Shown: one piece after another, positions 27,061-34,884 of the stretch
Layout of the letters: every line of letters starts with the position of its first letter
How positions within the stretch are numbered: position 1 is the stretch's first letter
Position numbers and translations under genes: made by a program
Notes under the pieces: generated by a model
What the model saw: the letters and a program-made list of their open reading frames with translations, nothing else
Databases searched by the model: none
What the model was told of the DNA's origin: nothing
IMG/VR virus record: IMGVR_UViG_3300012909_000006
Span: 1 to 51,976 of that record
Reading direction: 5' to 3' (one strand)
Length of the DNA: 51,976 bases
Source of the DNA: a virus
Taxonomy: Duplodnaviria > Caudoviricetes

Positions 27061-27717
27061 TTAAAACCTTTCGCCGTTTTCTATGAATTCGTATTGGTTT
27101 GCCTCGATTGTTTCCGCAACCTGTTCATCGCTGTTCTGGTAATTGTATTCCGCCTCCAGCGCGCGATAAATCCAGTCCGCGAAACCGCGCAACGTGTCAC
27201 GCAATGCGGTTTCATCCTCTTGCGTCACTTCCCTGTCATCGCCGTCCGCGTCAACCGCGCTAGCGTCAACCTGCATCATGCCGCTATGGCTGTAATTGCC
27301 ACGATGCAAACTGACCGTTGCCGCTAGGCGCCGGTCATACTTGACCTGCAATGCATCCAGCTCCGCCGCAATAGCGTGCAAGCCCTCATCCGTCGGCGCA
27401 TACGCTTTGACACGTTCCAGCGCGGATCCGGTTTCGAACGAAACCAAATTTCCCTCAAAACTGGCGCCGTCACCTTGCGACCAAAACCCGGACCAATTGA
27501 TAGCCGGGACTTGCCGGACCTTGCCGCTAACGGTTTTAACGTCCCGTTGTTTGATCTCGATTCCCAGGAGTCCGGCAATCCGCTCCGCGTCCTCAATGAC
27601 GAATTCCGAAAACGAATTGTCACCCGCGTCCGCTTCGCGGTACCAATCGCGCGCTTTGACTTTCGCCGCGTCGCTCAACTCGCCGTATTGATAAACTTTG
27701 GTTTCAACGACTCTCAT
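27061..27717 (-). CDS. Acidic protein of a family seen in ICE/plasmid leading regions (often annotated 'antitoxin of toxin-antitoxin stability system')
   Basis: VYQYGELSDAAKVKARDWY, WSGFWSQGDGASF, ADWIYRALEAEY and IEANQYEF motifs. Confidence 0.7.
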   Translation of the reverse strand: MRVVETKVYQYGELSDAAKVKARDWYREADAGDNSFSEFVIEDAERIAGLLGIEIKQRDVKTVSGKVRQVPAINWSGFWSQGDGASFEGNLVSFETGSALERVKAYAPTDEGLHAIAAELDALQVKYDRRLAATVSLHRGNYSHSGMMQVDASAVDADGDDREVTQEDETALRDTLRGFADWIYRALEAEYNYQNSDEQVAETIEANQYEFIENGERF

Positions 27718-28031
27718 CGGTCCGACTCCCTCGCAATTTTTTCGCAGGCATACCAGACCATAAGATTCTTGAATTGATCCAGCCCGGAAAGCATATCCGC
27801 GCGACCGAAACCGCTAATCATTTCGGCAACGTTTTTGCAGCCCATTTCTTCCGCGTCCTCGACTGCCATATCCCAAATTTCATCGCCGAACGCGTCAAAA
27901 ATTTCGACCGTATCGCGAGTGTAAGTAATATGCGGATAACCCGCGTCCGCACCATGCCGCGCAATGTCCCGCGCGTTTTCGTCCAAATTGGCTTTGAACC
28001 AAGCCTTGAACGTTGTTTCTGTGATAGCCAT
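27714..28031 (-). CDS. Small acidic protein, possible DNA mimic
   Basis: DIARHGADAGYPHITY...FKNLMVWYACE; Asp/Glu-rich. Confidence 0.7.
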   Translation of the reverse strand: MAITETTFKAWFKANLDENARDIARHGADAGYPHITYTRDTVEIFDAFGDEIWDMAVEDAEEMGCKNVAEMISGFGRADMLSGLDQFKNLMVWYACEKIARESDR

Positions 28032-28050
28032 AACCAAAGCCTCGTTTCGT

Positions 28051-28147
28051 TGTTTCGATATCCATTAGTTAGTACGTCTTGCGTAACAAGTCAAGCGCAA
28101 TCGTTGCCAACATTCAAAAGAAAAAAGCCCGATCTAAACCGGGCTTT
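28051..28147 (-). promoter_or_regulatory. Cassette junction: terminator plus repeat promoter P2
   Basis: Core 28057-28077; GTCAAG 28090-28095; hairpin 28121-28147. Confidence 0.85.
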
Positions 28148-28376
28148 CAATCAATGCGGTATAGGTCGAACAATCCGCGGCCAATACGCCAAACTGCCGC
28201 GCGTCATGCCAGCTCATAAAACCAGCGTCCTCGCAATCTACAATCGATCCGCCTAACCATTTCGCGAATTGATCCGCCGCGGCGATTTCAGAATCTTCCA
28301 TGCCGCTACTATCGCCGTTGATGAAATAGGACGCCCAATAACTCGGCGCCGTTCCAGTGATAGATTCCAAAGCCAT
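28134..28376 (-). CDS. Small acidic protein, cassette 1
   Basis: AAGGAG RBS; PSYWASYFINGDSSGM motif. Confidence 0.7.
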   Translation of the reverse strand: MALESITGTAPSYWASYFINGDSSGMEDSEIAAADQFAKWLGGSIVDCEDAGFMSWHDARQFGVLAADCSTYTALIESPV

Positions 28377-28389
28377 TTTGTTTCGCTCC

Positions 28390-28782
28390 TTAATCGCCGA
28401 TATAGGCATACCATTTGCCGTCATCGCCCTTATAGAGCGATCCGGAAACGCTACCCTGTTCTGCAGCTGCCAAATATTTCTCATCGGAGTCGAAACGTTC
28501 CATTTGCCGGATCCAACTCGCAACCTCTTGCGTTACCAGCGCGTTCAATTCCAGATCCGACCATGCCGCTATCTCATCTGCGGACCATGCGCCAAATCCC
28601 TTGAAATAACGCCGCGCATTGTCGCGCATTGTGTCATCCGTCAAAAGCAAATGCTCCGCGGCATAGGCTTTCGAATTGTTCCAAGTAATTTTAGCGGCGT
28701 CCGGACCTAGCTCCGCCTGACTTCCTGACATAATCGGACAATCGTCCGCGTCATCGATCATATGTGTAACGTCAAGTTCCAT
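28390..28782 (-). CDS. Acidic hypothetical protein, cassette 1
   Basis: AGGA RBS; SGSQAELG...TWNNS...FGAWSADEI. Confidence 0.75.
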   Translation of the reverse strand: MELDVTHMIDDADDCPIMSGSQAELGPDAAKITWNNSKAYAAEHLLLTDDTMRDNARRYFKGFGAWSADEIAAWSDLELNALVTQEVASWIRQMERFDSDEKYLAAAEQGSVSGSLYKGDDGKWYAYIGD

Positions 28783-28800
28783 TGTCCTGTTTCCCTTGTT

Positions 28801-28865
28801 TTGATAGGCCTGAGTTAGTACGCCTAATGTACTAAGTCAAGCGCAATCGTCAAAATTATTTTTGC
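28801..28865 (-). promoter_or_regulatory. Repeat promoter P1, first of the array
   Basis: Minus strand TTGACT-17 nt-TAACTC containing TTAGTAC-N7-GTACTAA. Confidence 0.8.
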
Positions 28866-29165
28866 CCTTTCGAATCTTTTCTCTTGACCTGTTACGTATG
28901 GCGTACTAGAACAGATCCAACGCCGCGGGAAATGGTTTCCGCCGACAAGTCGAAAGGCTCCAAATGATAACCAAAACTTTTGAACCGCTCCGACCATTGG
29001 TCGCGCCAGACAACGGCTCCGCCTTCTATCATGTTGGAGTTTTCGGCCAGCAGCGCGTCCACTACGGTGAAAGCCATTGGCCAAGCCGCAGCTACTGGCT
29101 AGTTCCCGGATCCGGGGACTAGCACCGGCCCCCGCGGCCCACCGCCCGGCGGCGGTCCCGCTCGA

Positions 29166-29306
29166 CCGATGGGCTCCGGGGTACGTGGGCTCCGGGGTAC
29201 GCGCACGCTCCGGGATACCGATGGGCTCCGGGGTACGCACGCTCCGGGGTACCGATGGGCTCCGGGGTACCGATGGGCTCCGGGGTACGGCTGCGCTCCA
29301 GGGTAC
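29166..29306. repeat. Tandem array A: 8 x GCTCCGGGGTAC, period 16-18 bp
   Basis: Copies at 29173, 29189, 29207, 29225, 29241, 29259, 29277, 29295 (two have one mismatch). Confidence 0.9.
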
Positions 29307-29589
29307 ACCGCTGTCACGGCGCCGCGTCTGGATCGCTACGCAGATCTTCACTAACCTCAAACAAATCCGCTTGTCGCGCCTCACGCACAATCTCAATCTG
29401 CCACTGATGCCTGGCGCAATATTCCCACACCCGCAGCCTGGACCAGCCTTTCAAGAAACGCAGGATCGGCGCGGTCTCCCGCACTACGTCATTGATCATC
29501 ACAATGCCAGCCGCAAACTTTCGATTGCGGATCTGAACCAGGGTCTCGCTCGCATTGATTTCCTGCATCCAAATTTTTTCAGATCAGGG

Positions 29590-29748
29590 TACCACCTGGG
29601 TTTCGAGGGGGTGTCACCCTGGTTTCGGGGGTGTCACCTGGGTTTCGGGGTGTCACCCTGGTTTCGGGGGTGTCGCCTGGGTTTCGGCATGTCACCTTGG
29701 TTTCGGGGGTGTCGCCTGGGTTTCAGCCAGGGGTATCACCTGGGATTT
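29590..29748. repeat. Tandem array B: about 7-8 x CRCCYKGGTTTCGGGG(G)TGT, period about 20 bp
   Basis: Read directly at 29593-29748. Confidence 0.9.
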
Positions 29749-30312
29749 TGCCCTCGATGCCGGTTGCGATGATGTCGGTTGCGATTTTGCCTTTGGTTTC
29801 GAACTCCACCATCCGACAAGCGTCTGTAATCCATTACGCAACGCATCCAATTCATCAACACCGATCGCCGCCTGATCCTGCTCGCACACCGCCCGCACCA
29901 TCCGCTCCGCCGCCGCACCCGTCAGCTGCAGCGCACGCCGCGCGCCAACATAATCATCGATCACCCGCGCATGCCGGCGCGCTTCCCTCAACCCCTTGAT
30001 GCTGTCCGGATCCGGCGCCGTGCCACCGCTCGGATCCAGCCGCGCCGTCTGCGGCAACTTTGGTCCGTGACACGCCGCGCTGTACTCACTGACCAACGTC
30101 GCCCAGCGCTTGCCCGCCGAATACTGCAGCGGCGAAATTTTTTCATCCATGTGCAGCCGCCCCAACATCGTCCCCCACTCCGCCGGCCGGCACCCTGCCA
30201 GCACCAGATCGCGCACCCGCCGCGTCTCCGACGGTGGCGGCAACGCCACATGCGTCTTGATGCTGATCCGCCCGGAAGGCTTGCGCATCGCCATAGGTTT
30301 GCGTCGTGACAT
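29692..30312 (-). CDS. Conserved alphaproteobacterial phage protein, possible late-gene regulator
   Basis: RKPSGRIS...WGTMLGRLH...ISPLQYSAGKRW; last gene of the replication operon; AGGAG RBS. Confidence 0.55.
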   Translation of the reverse strand: MSRRKPMAMRKPSGRISIKTHVALPPPSETRRVRDLVLAGCRPAEWGTMLGRLHMDEKISPLQYSAGKRWATLVSEYSAACHGPKLPQTARLDPSGGTAPDPDSIKGLREARRHARVIDDYVGARRALQLTGAAAERMVRAVCEQDQAAIGVDELDALRNGLQTLVGWWSSKPKAKSQPTSSQPASRAKSQVIPLAETQATPPKPR

Positions 30313-30316
30313 GATT

Positions 30317-30805
30317 TCAACTCCTGACAATTTCGGCGCCAGGGAAACGCTGCCTGACTTCGCCGATGGTCCGTAGTGCTTCGATCTGTCCAAACAATGC
30401 CGCGATCTCATCCGGCGTGATGTGAATGACCTTGTCGCCGTAAGCCTCACGCGCCCGCTCACCCGCCGCCTTCTGCGCGCCGATCGCCACCACGATCCCA
30501 CTGCGCGGATCTCGCCCCACCTGGTACGCCTCATCTGGAACGTCAGCCGCCTCCAGCGCCGCAGCCGCCGCCACATAGCCACGGACCATCGCCGCGCCCT
30601 GCCGGTCTACATCGATCCGCGCCCCCCTGATCACCGCCTCAACCCACAGGTTCCGTTGATCCGCCAGCCGCGCCGCCAGGTCGGCGTCGACCCGCTGCAG
30701 CGTCAACATCGTCCACCGCATTTCGAATGCCTGTGCCGCCTCCGAAATCCGTTGCAACCAAAGCGAGACGCTATCAGAAACCGACAGGGTGACTTCCCTA
30801 ACCAT
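30317..30805 (-). CDS. Hypothetical protein
   Basis: ORF track; ends VRQRFPGAEIV; start uncertain. Confidence 0.6.
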   Translation of the reverse strand: MVREVTLSVSDSVSLWLQRISEAAQAFEMRWTMLTLQRVDADLAARLADQRNLWVEAVIRGARIDVDRQGAAMVRGYVAAAAALEAADVPDEAYQVGRDPRSGIVVAIGAQKAAGERAREAYGDKVIHITPDEIAALFGQIEALRTIGEVRQRFPGAEIVRS

Positions 30806-30899
30806 CACCAGCTCCGATCTGCGCGCATGAGTGGCGACGGATCGAAGGCCGCTCCGGCGTGACGGCTTCCCCCGGCCGACCCCATTCTGCTCCACACCC

Positions 30900-31140
30900 T
30901 GTATCTCTCACGACCCTTCTCCCTTTGTTCTCTTTTCTGTTCATTCTCTTCGTAAGCTCTGATTCTCTCTTTCTAACTGTCACTACCTGTCACTAAAACA
31001 AAGGATCCTTAGAGATATCAATGCGCTGCCCCTCAGTGTCAGGTTCGGTGACAGCGTCAGTGACGGTTTTTTCCGATGCGTGTCGGTCACCTTTTTCGTG
31101 ACTGCCGTGACGGTTAGATTTTCCCGATCCTGTCACCGAT
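30900..31140. other. Candidate replication origin (GTGAC/GTCAC iterons plus pyrimidine tract)
   Basis: GTCAC/GTGAC near 30979, 30988, 31048, 31060, 31086, 31098, 31107, 31132; CT-rich tract 30900-30975. Confidence 0.45.
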
Positions 31141-33935
31141 TTTTCATGCGCTACACGCATAGCTAAAATGGAAGACTTACTGTCCCAAATCGATGGAATT
31201 GGCTGGTTCGGGTTCTCATCCGCGGCGCTGGTCGATGCCGTCTTACTTTGATAAACGAACGCCGACGACGTCACCGTATTGCGCCAGTGCCGCTTGCCTT
31301 CGGCGTTCAGACTGATGCCGGCATAGTAGCGCCGAGCATTGCTGCGCAACTCCTTGGCGTCAGCTGCGATTCGCTCATCGGCCAGGGCCCGGATCGCCAG
31401 GCCGATCTTCTCGCTGGCCGGGGCTCCGCCGCGGTTGTCGCTCTTGTGCTCGGACCACCACGACGTATGCGCCGCCACAAAGTCCGGCACCGACACCATG
31501 CCGTTCGGATTGAACGTCACACATTCCTGGATAAATTCAGCGACCATGTTGCTGTTCAACCGCACCTGCTCAGCAGCAGCCCTGGACTCCGTCGGCAGCA
31601 CGAACACGCCGCGGGCCAGGACACGGCGCAAGCCCTCGATTGCCCAGGCCAGGATGCCTTCTGCCTCAGTGGCCAGCACCAGCGCCGATGGCTTGCTATA
31701 ACCACGCGCCCGCGCCTCGACCGCGGCGCCAACCGGGTTGTCCTCATCGAACTTGCGCCGGCAATCGATCACCACGATCCGGTTGACAATCGCGTCAGTC
31801 GCTTCTCTGAACTGCGGTGGTGAGTTGGAGCCCCAAAAAATCGGCGCGGTGAACTCCGCGTCGAACATCTTGCCGCCCTTCATGTTGATCGGGATCGGCT
31901 CACCGGAGATGATCGCTTTGACGATCGACGACAGATGCCACTTGCCGGAATCAAACGCCTCATGCAGCACCCAGGGCTCGCGCTTCACGAATGAAATCGT
32001 CTTGTGCGGATTGTCACCGCTCAGCGTATCCAGCGACGTGGCGTTGACGCGTGACCCGAACAGGCCGGCCATCACATTGATCAGCCCGCTCTTGCCGTAG
32101 TTGGATCCGCCGACAAATATCAGCGCGCGCGACAGCGCCTTGTCCTTGGCGTCGATCAGGCCGAGCCCCAGAATTTCCTGCAGCAGCTGGACGTGCATGG
32201 CCCGGCTCTCCGGAGTGCGATCGGCAAATGCGTCCTCCAGCATCTGCAGCCACCACGGACATGCGGCTTGCGGATTGAAGGCGTGCTCGATGCGCCAGGT
32301 GGTGAAGTGCTCCGGCTCCGGCGGGATCACCTCACCGGTTACCGGATGGATCAGCCCGGAGCGCGTCGGCACCATGCCGTGCCGGTTGAATGGCACCTGG
32401 CGCCGCTGCAGCTCCGGCGAGCGCAGAATATAGGCCCGCGCCTCACCGACCAGCTTCATCGTGCTCTCAATTTTGAGGCCGCGGGCGGCTTCCTCGATGT
32501 TGCTGTTGAGCCAGGCCGTCAGCGCCTTGTCGCCCTCGACCACGCGCCACAGCCCATCCTGGTAGTGATAGTCGCCGACCTCGGTGAACATCACCTGCTG
32601 GCCGCGCTGATCCATCACAGCCAGCACCGCGTCCGCCAGGATGATGTGCAGCGCGGTCGGCTTCGGCTTGCGCTTGAGCCTGGCCTTGGCACCGTCCTGG
32701 ATACCGACGACATTGTCAGGCCCGGCTCCGCTGCTGCCGTCCGGTGCGGCCGGCGCGGCATTGCCGCTGCCGGCGCCGGTTGACAAATCGGCCTGATTTT
32801 CGGATCCGGTTGCGGAACTGTCCTCAGCTCCGGATCCGTCGCTAAGTGTTTCATGTGAAACAACGTTTTGTTGATTTTGCTCAGGAATTTTCCCAAATTC
32901 CTTTGGAGTTGCCGATTCCCTTGGAACTTTGGGCGGGTATTTGACCAGCGCCGACGCCGTCAGATCGCGGATCTTCTTTTCCTCGATGTGCCATTTCCAC
33001 TTGGCGCCGATCGCCCCCACCGCCTCCCGCGTCGCCTCCATCAATAGCTCGACCACCTCATCCGGATCGTGGCCGGCCTTGATCAGCGACGCCGAGACGT
33101 CGCGTTGGGTGACGTGAACGTTGCCCGGCGCCATCGCGGCCAGCATCGCCTCGACATCGATCGCCGGCCGGAAGCCCCATTTCTTGCCGAACGCCATGAA
33201 CGGGTTGACCGGCTCCGGTTCGCTAACGCGAGCTGGACCCTGCACAGCCTTTGCACCGGGCGGCTTGCGGGTCAGGATCGGTGTCGCTTCCGCCAGCCAG
33301 GCCTCCAGATCGTCCAGTTCATAGCGTGGGCCGTTCAGGAATTCACACACCACCTCGCGGACGTCGCCGTATTTGCTGTTGTGCGTGCCTGGCAGCCGCA
33401 TCAGGCGCGATACTTCGCAGACACTGGGATCTCCGCCCGTCACCTCCGCCAGCCGCCTCAGCGCGTCCTCCAGGCGTTCCAGATTGGCCTGGGTGTCGAT
33501 GCCTTCCTTGAATAGCCAATAGCTGTGCAGGCCGCCGCCGCTGCGCACCCGGATGGTGGGCGGGCAGCCAAGCCGTTCCAGCAAGCCATAAATCGTTGGC
33601 ACGTCCTCGACGATGTCCTTGTAGTCGAGATCGTTGAACAAGCCGGGCGTCTCGCGCACCGTCTCCTTGTTCCGGGTGGCGGACCCCTCCGCCAGCGTCG
33701 AGGTGCAGAAAAACATGCCGCGCCGGTTGCGATCGTGCTTGGCAATAAAACTCAGCAGCCGATCGCCCTCGCGGGTCAGCAGCTGGCGCTTGATCGGCGC
33801 CTCATCGGGATCGCCCTTGTCATTGGCCAGCGTCTGGAAAAACACCGGGCATGACGTCGAGGCCCCGAACATCGCCGTGATGAATTCGAGTGCTTTCAAG
33901 GTAACCGGTTCGTTCTGGCTTGCGGCTTGCGCCAT
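30993..33935 (-). CDS. DNA primase-helicase (RepB-like primase N-domain plus D5/SF3 helicase)
   Basis: DLD, SGGGLHSYW and RLMRLPGTHN primase motifs; Walker A GGSNYGKS; SN..P...NRIVVI helicase motifs. Confidence 0.88.
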   Translation of the reverse strand: MAQAASQNEPVTLKALEFITAMFGASTSCPVFFQTLANDKGDPDEAPIKRQLLTREGDRLLSFIAKHDRNRRGMFFCTSTLAEGSATRNKETVRETPGLFNDLDYKDIVEDVPTIYGLLERLGCPPTIRVRSGGGLHSYWLFKEGIDTQANLERLEDALRRLAEVTGGDPSVCEVSRLMRLPGTHNSKYGDVREVVCEFLNGPRYELDDLEAWLAEATPILTRKPPGAKAVQGPARVSEPEPVNPFMAFGKKWGFRPAIDVEAMLAAMAPGNVHVTQRDVSASLIKAGHDPDEVVELLMEATREAVGAIGAKWKWHIEEKKIRDLTASALVKYPPKVPRESATPKEFGKIPEQNQQNVVSHETLSDGSGAEDSSATGSENQADLSTGAGSGNAAPAAPDGSSGAGPDNVVGIQDGAKARLKRKPKPTALHIILADAVLAVMDQRGQQVMFTEVGDYHYQDGLWRVVEGDKALTAWLNSNIEEAARGLKIESTMKLVGEARAYILRSPELQRRQVPFNRHGMVPTRSGLIHPVTGEVIPPEPEHFTTWRIEHAFNPQAACPWWLQMLEDAFADRTPESRAMHVQLLQEILGLGLIDAKDKALSRALIFVGGSNYGKSGLINVMAGLFGSRVNATSLDTLSGDNPHKTISFVKREPWVLHEAFDSGKWHLSSIVKAIISGEPIPINMKGGKMFDAEFTAPIFWGSNSPPQFREATDAIVNRIVVIDCRRKFDEDNPVGAAVEARARGYSKPSALVLATEAEGILAWAIEGLRRVLARGVFVLPTESRAAAEQVRLNSNMVAEFIQECVTFNPNGMVSVPDFVAAHTSWWSEHKSDNRGGAPASEKIGLAIRALADERIAADAKELRSNARRYYAGISLNAEGKRHWRNTVTSSAFVYQSKTASTSAADENPNQPIPSIWDSKSSILAMRVAHEKSVTGSGKSNRHGSHEKGDRHASEKTVTDAVTEPDTEGQRIDISKDPLF

Positions 33936-34021
33936 TGCTGACTTGTGTTCCGATCATGGCCGTCCGCTAAAAAAAGGACCGGCGCGCAAGCCATCAGCCT
34001 ACGCGCCAGTGCGTCCTTGAC

Positions 34022-34825
34022 TTAGAACCGCGGCTTGGTCGCACCACCTGCCGCGCTGGCCGCCGCTGCCGGCTGCGGCGTCACCGGCTTGGCGGGTGCC
34101 GGCTGCGGCTGCGGCTGCGGTTGCTTGGACGGCTCGGGTTGCGTTGCCGGCTTGTCCGGTGCCGGTGCTGGCGCCGGCTTATCATCAGGCTCGTCGCCAC
34201 CTGTCACCTCACCGTCGGCAAACACGCCCTTGGTTTCCCAACCGACAATCTTGAGCACCGGCACTTTGATGCGACCGAATTCCTTGTTCGGGTGGTTGTA
34301 AGCGCCGACGCCCAGCTCGATGATCGGATACTCATCCGGGTGCTGCGCCATCACCTTGCCGTAGGCCTTGCACAGATCGCCGATCGCATTGAGGCCGCCT
34401 TTGGATGACGACGCGAACGTGTAGAGTTCGGAATCATCGACGCCCCAGAACAAAAGATAGTTCGAGAACTGCCAGGGATCTTTCTCCTTGCCCTGGTTAT
34501 CGACCTCCCACATCGTCTTGTCGGTATCGCCGAGTTCATTGCGGCGCGGCGGCTGATAATTGTCGACGACGCGGCCCATGATGTGATCGGTCGGCTTGTT
34601 GTTTTCCCACCGGATCCAGCCGACCATCAGCTCATCCATGTTGACGACATACTTGGTGCCGGCGGCGACTTCCTCATCTTCCTGGCCGGCGAGATAGTCA
34701 CCCTTGGTAAAGCGCAACAAGGTGCCGACGATCTGCTTTTGCGAAGCCTGCTCACCATAGCTGGTGAACACGTTCTTGGATCCGCTCGCAACTTCGGTAT
34801 TCTGCCTCTGTGCTGGGATACTCAT
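34022..34825 (-). CDS. Putative ssDNA-binding/annealing protein
   Basis: LLRFTKGDY...GWIRW...YNHPNKEFGRIKVPVLKIVGW with a Pro-rich tail ending in F; between nuclease and primase. Confidence 0.6.
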   Translation of the reverse strand: MSIPAQRQNTEVASGSKNVFTSYGEQASQKQIVGTLLRFTKGDYLAGQEDEEVAAGTKYVVNMDELMVGWIRWENNKPTDHIMGRVVDNYQPPRRNELGDTDKTMWEVDNQGKEKDPWQFSNYLLFWGVDDSELYTFASSSKGGLNAIGDLCKAYGKVMAQHPDEYPIIELGVGAYNHPNKEFGRIKVPVLKIVGWETKGVFADGEVTGGDEPDDKPAPAPAPDKPATQPEPSKQPQPQPQPAPAKPVTPQPAAAASAAGGATKPRF

Positions 34826-34884
34826 TACATTTTCCCGTTTCTAGTTGCTGGTTTACAATTGGACACGGCGATTGCCGGGCCCCA

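Noticed and set aside
22741-28841. CRISPR array interpretation of the 21-bp repeats
   Set aside because: Inter-repeat distances are about 0.6-1.4 kb, irregular and filled with genes. The repeats read as promoters, and there is no cas1, cas2 or effector gene.
22327-28865. Integron cassette array
   Set aside because: No attC-type RYYYAAC...GTTRRRY stems are visible, each unit has its own promoter, and the only integrase is a distant phage-type enzyme beside a probable attP.
29166-29748. Mini-CRISPR arrays, or a real protein in ORF 29077-29772
   Set aside because: Linkers are only a few nt and recur. The ORF is a stop-free translation of GC-rich repeats with a TTG start and no clear RBS.
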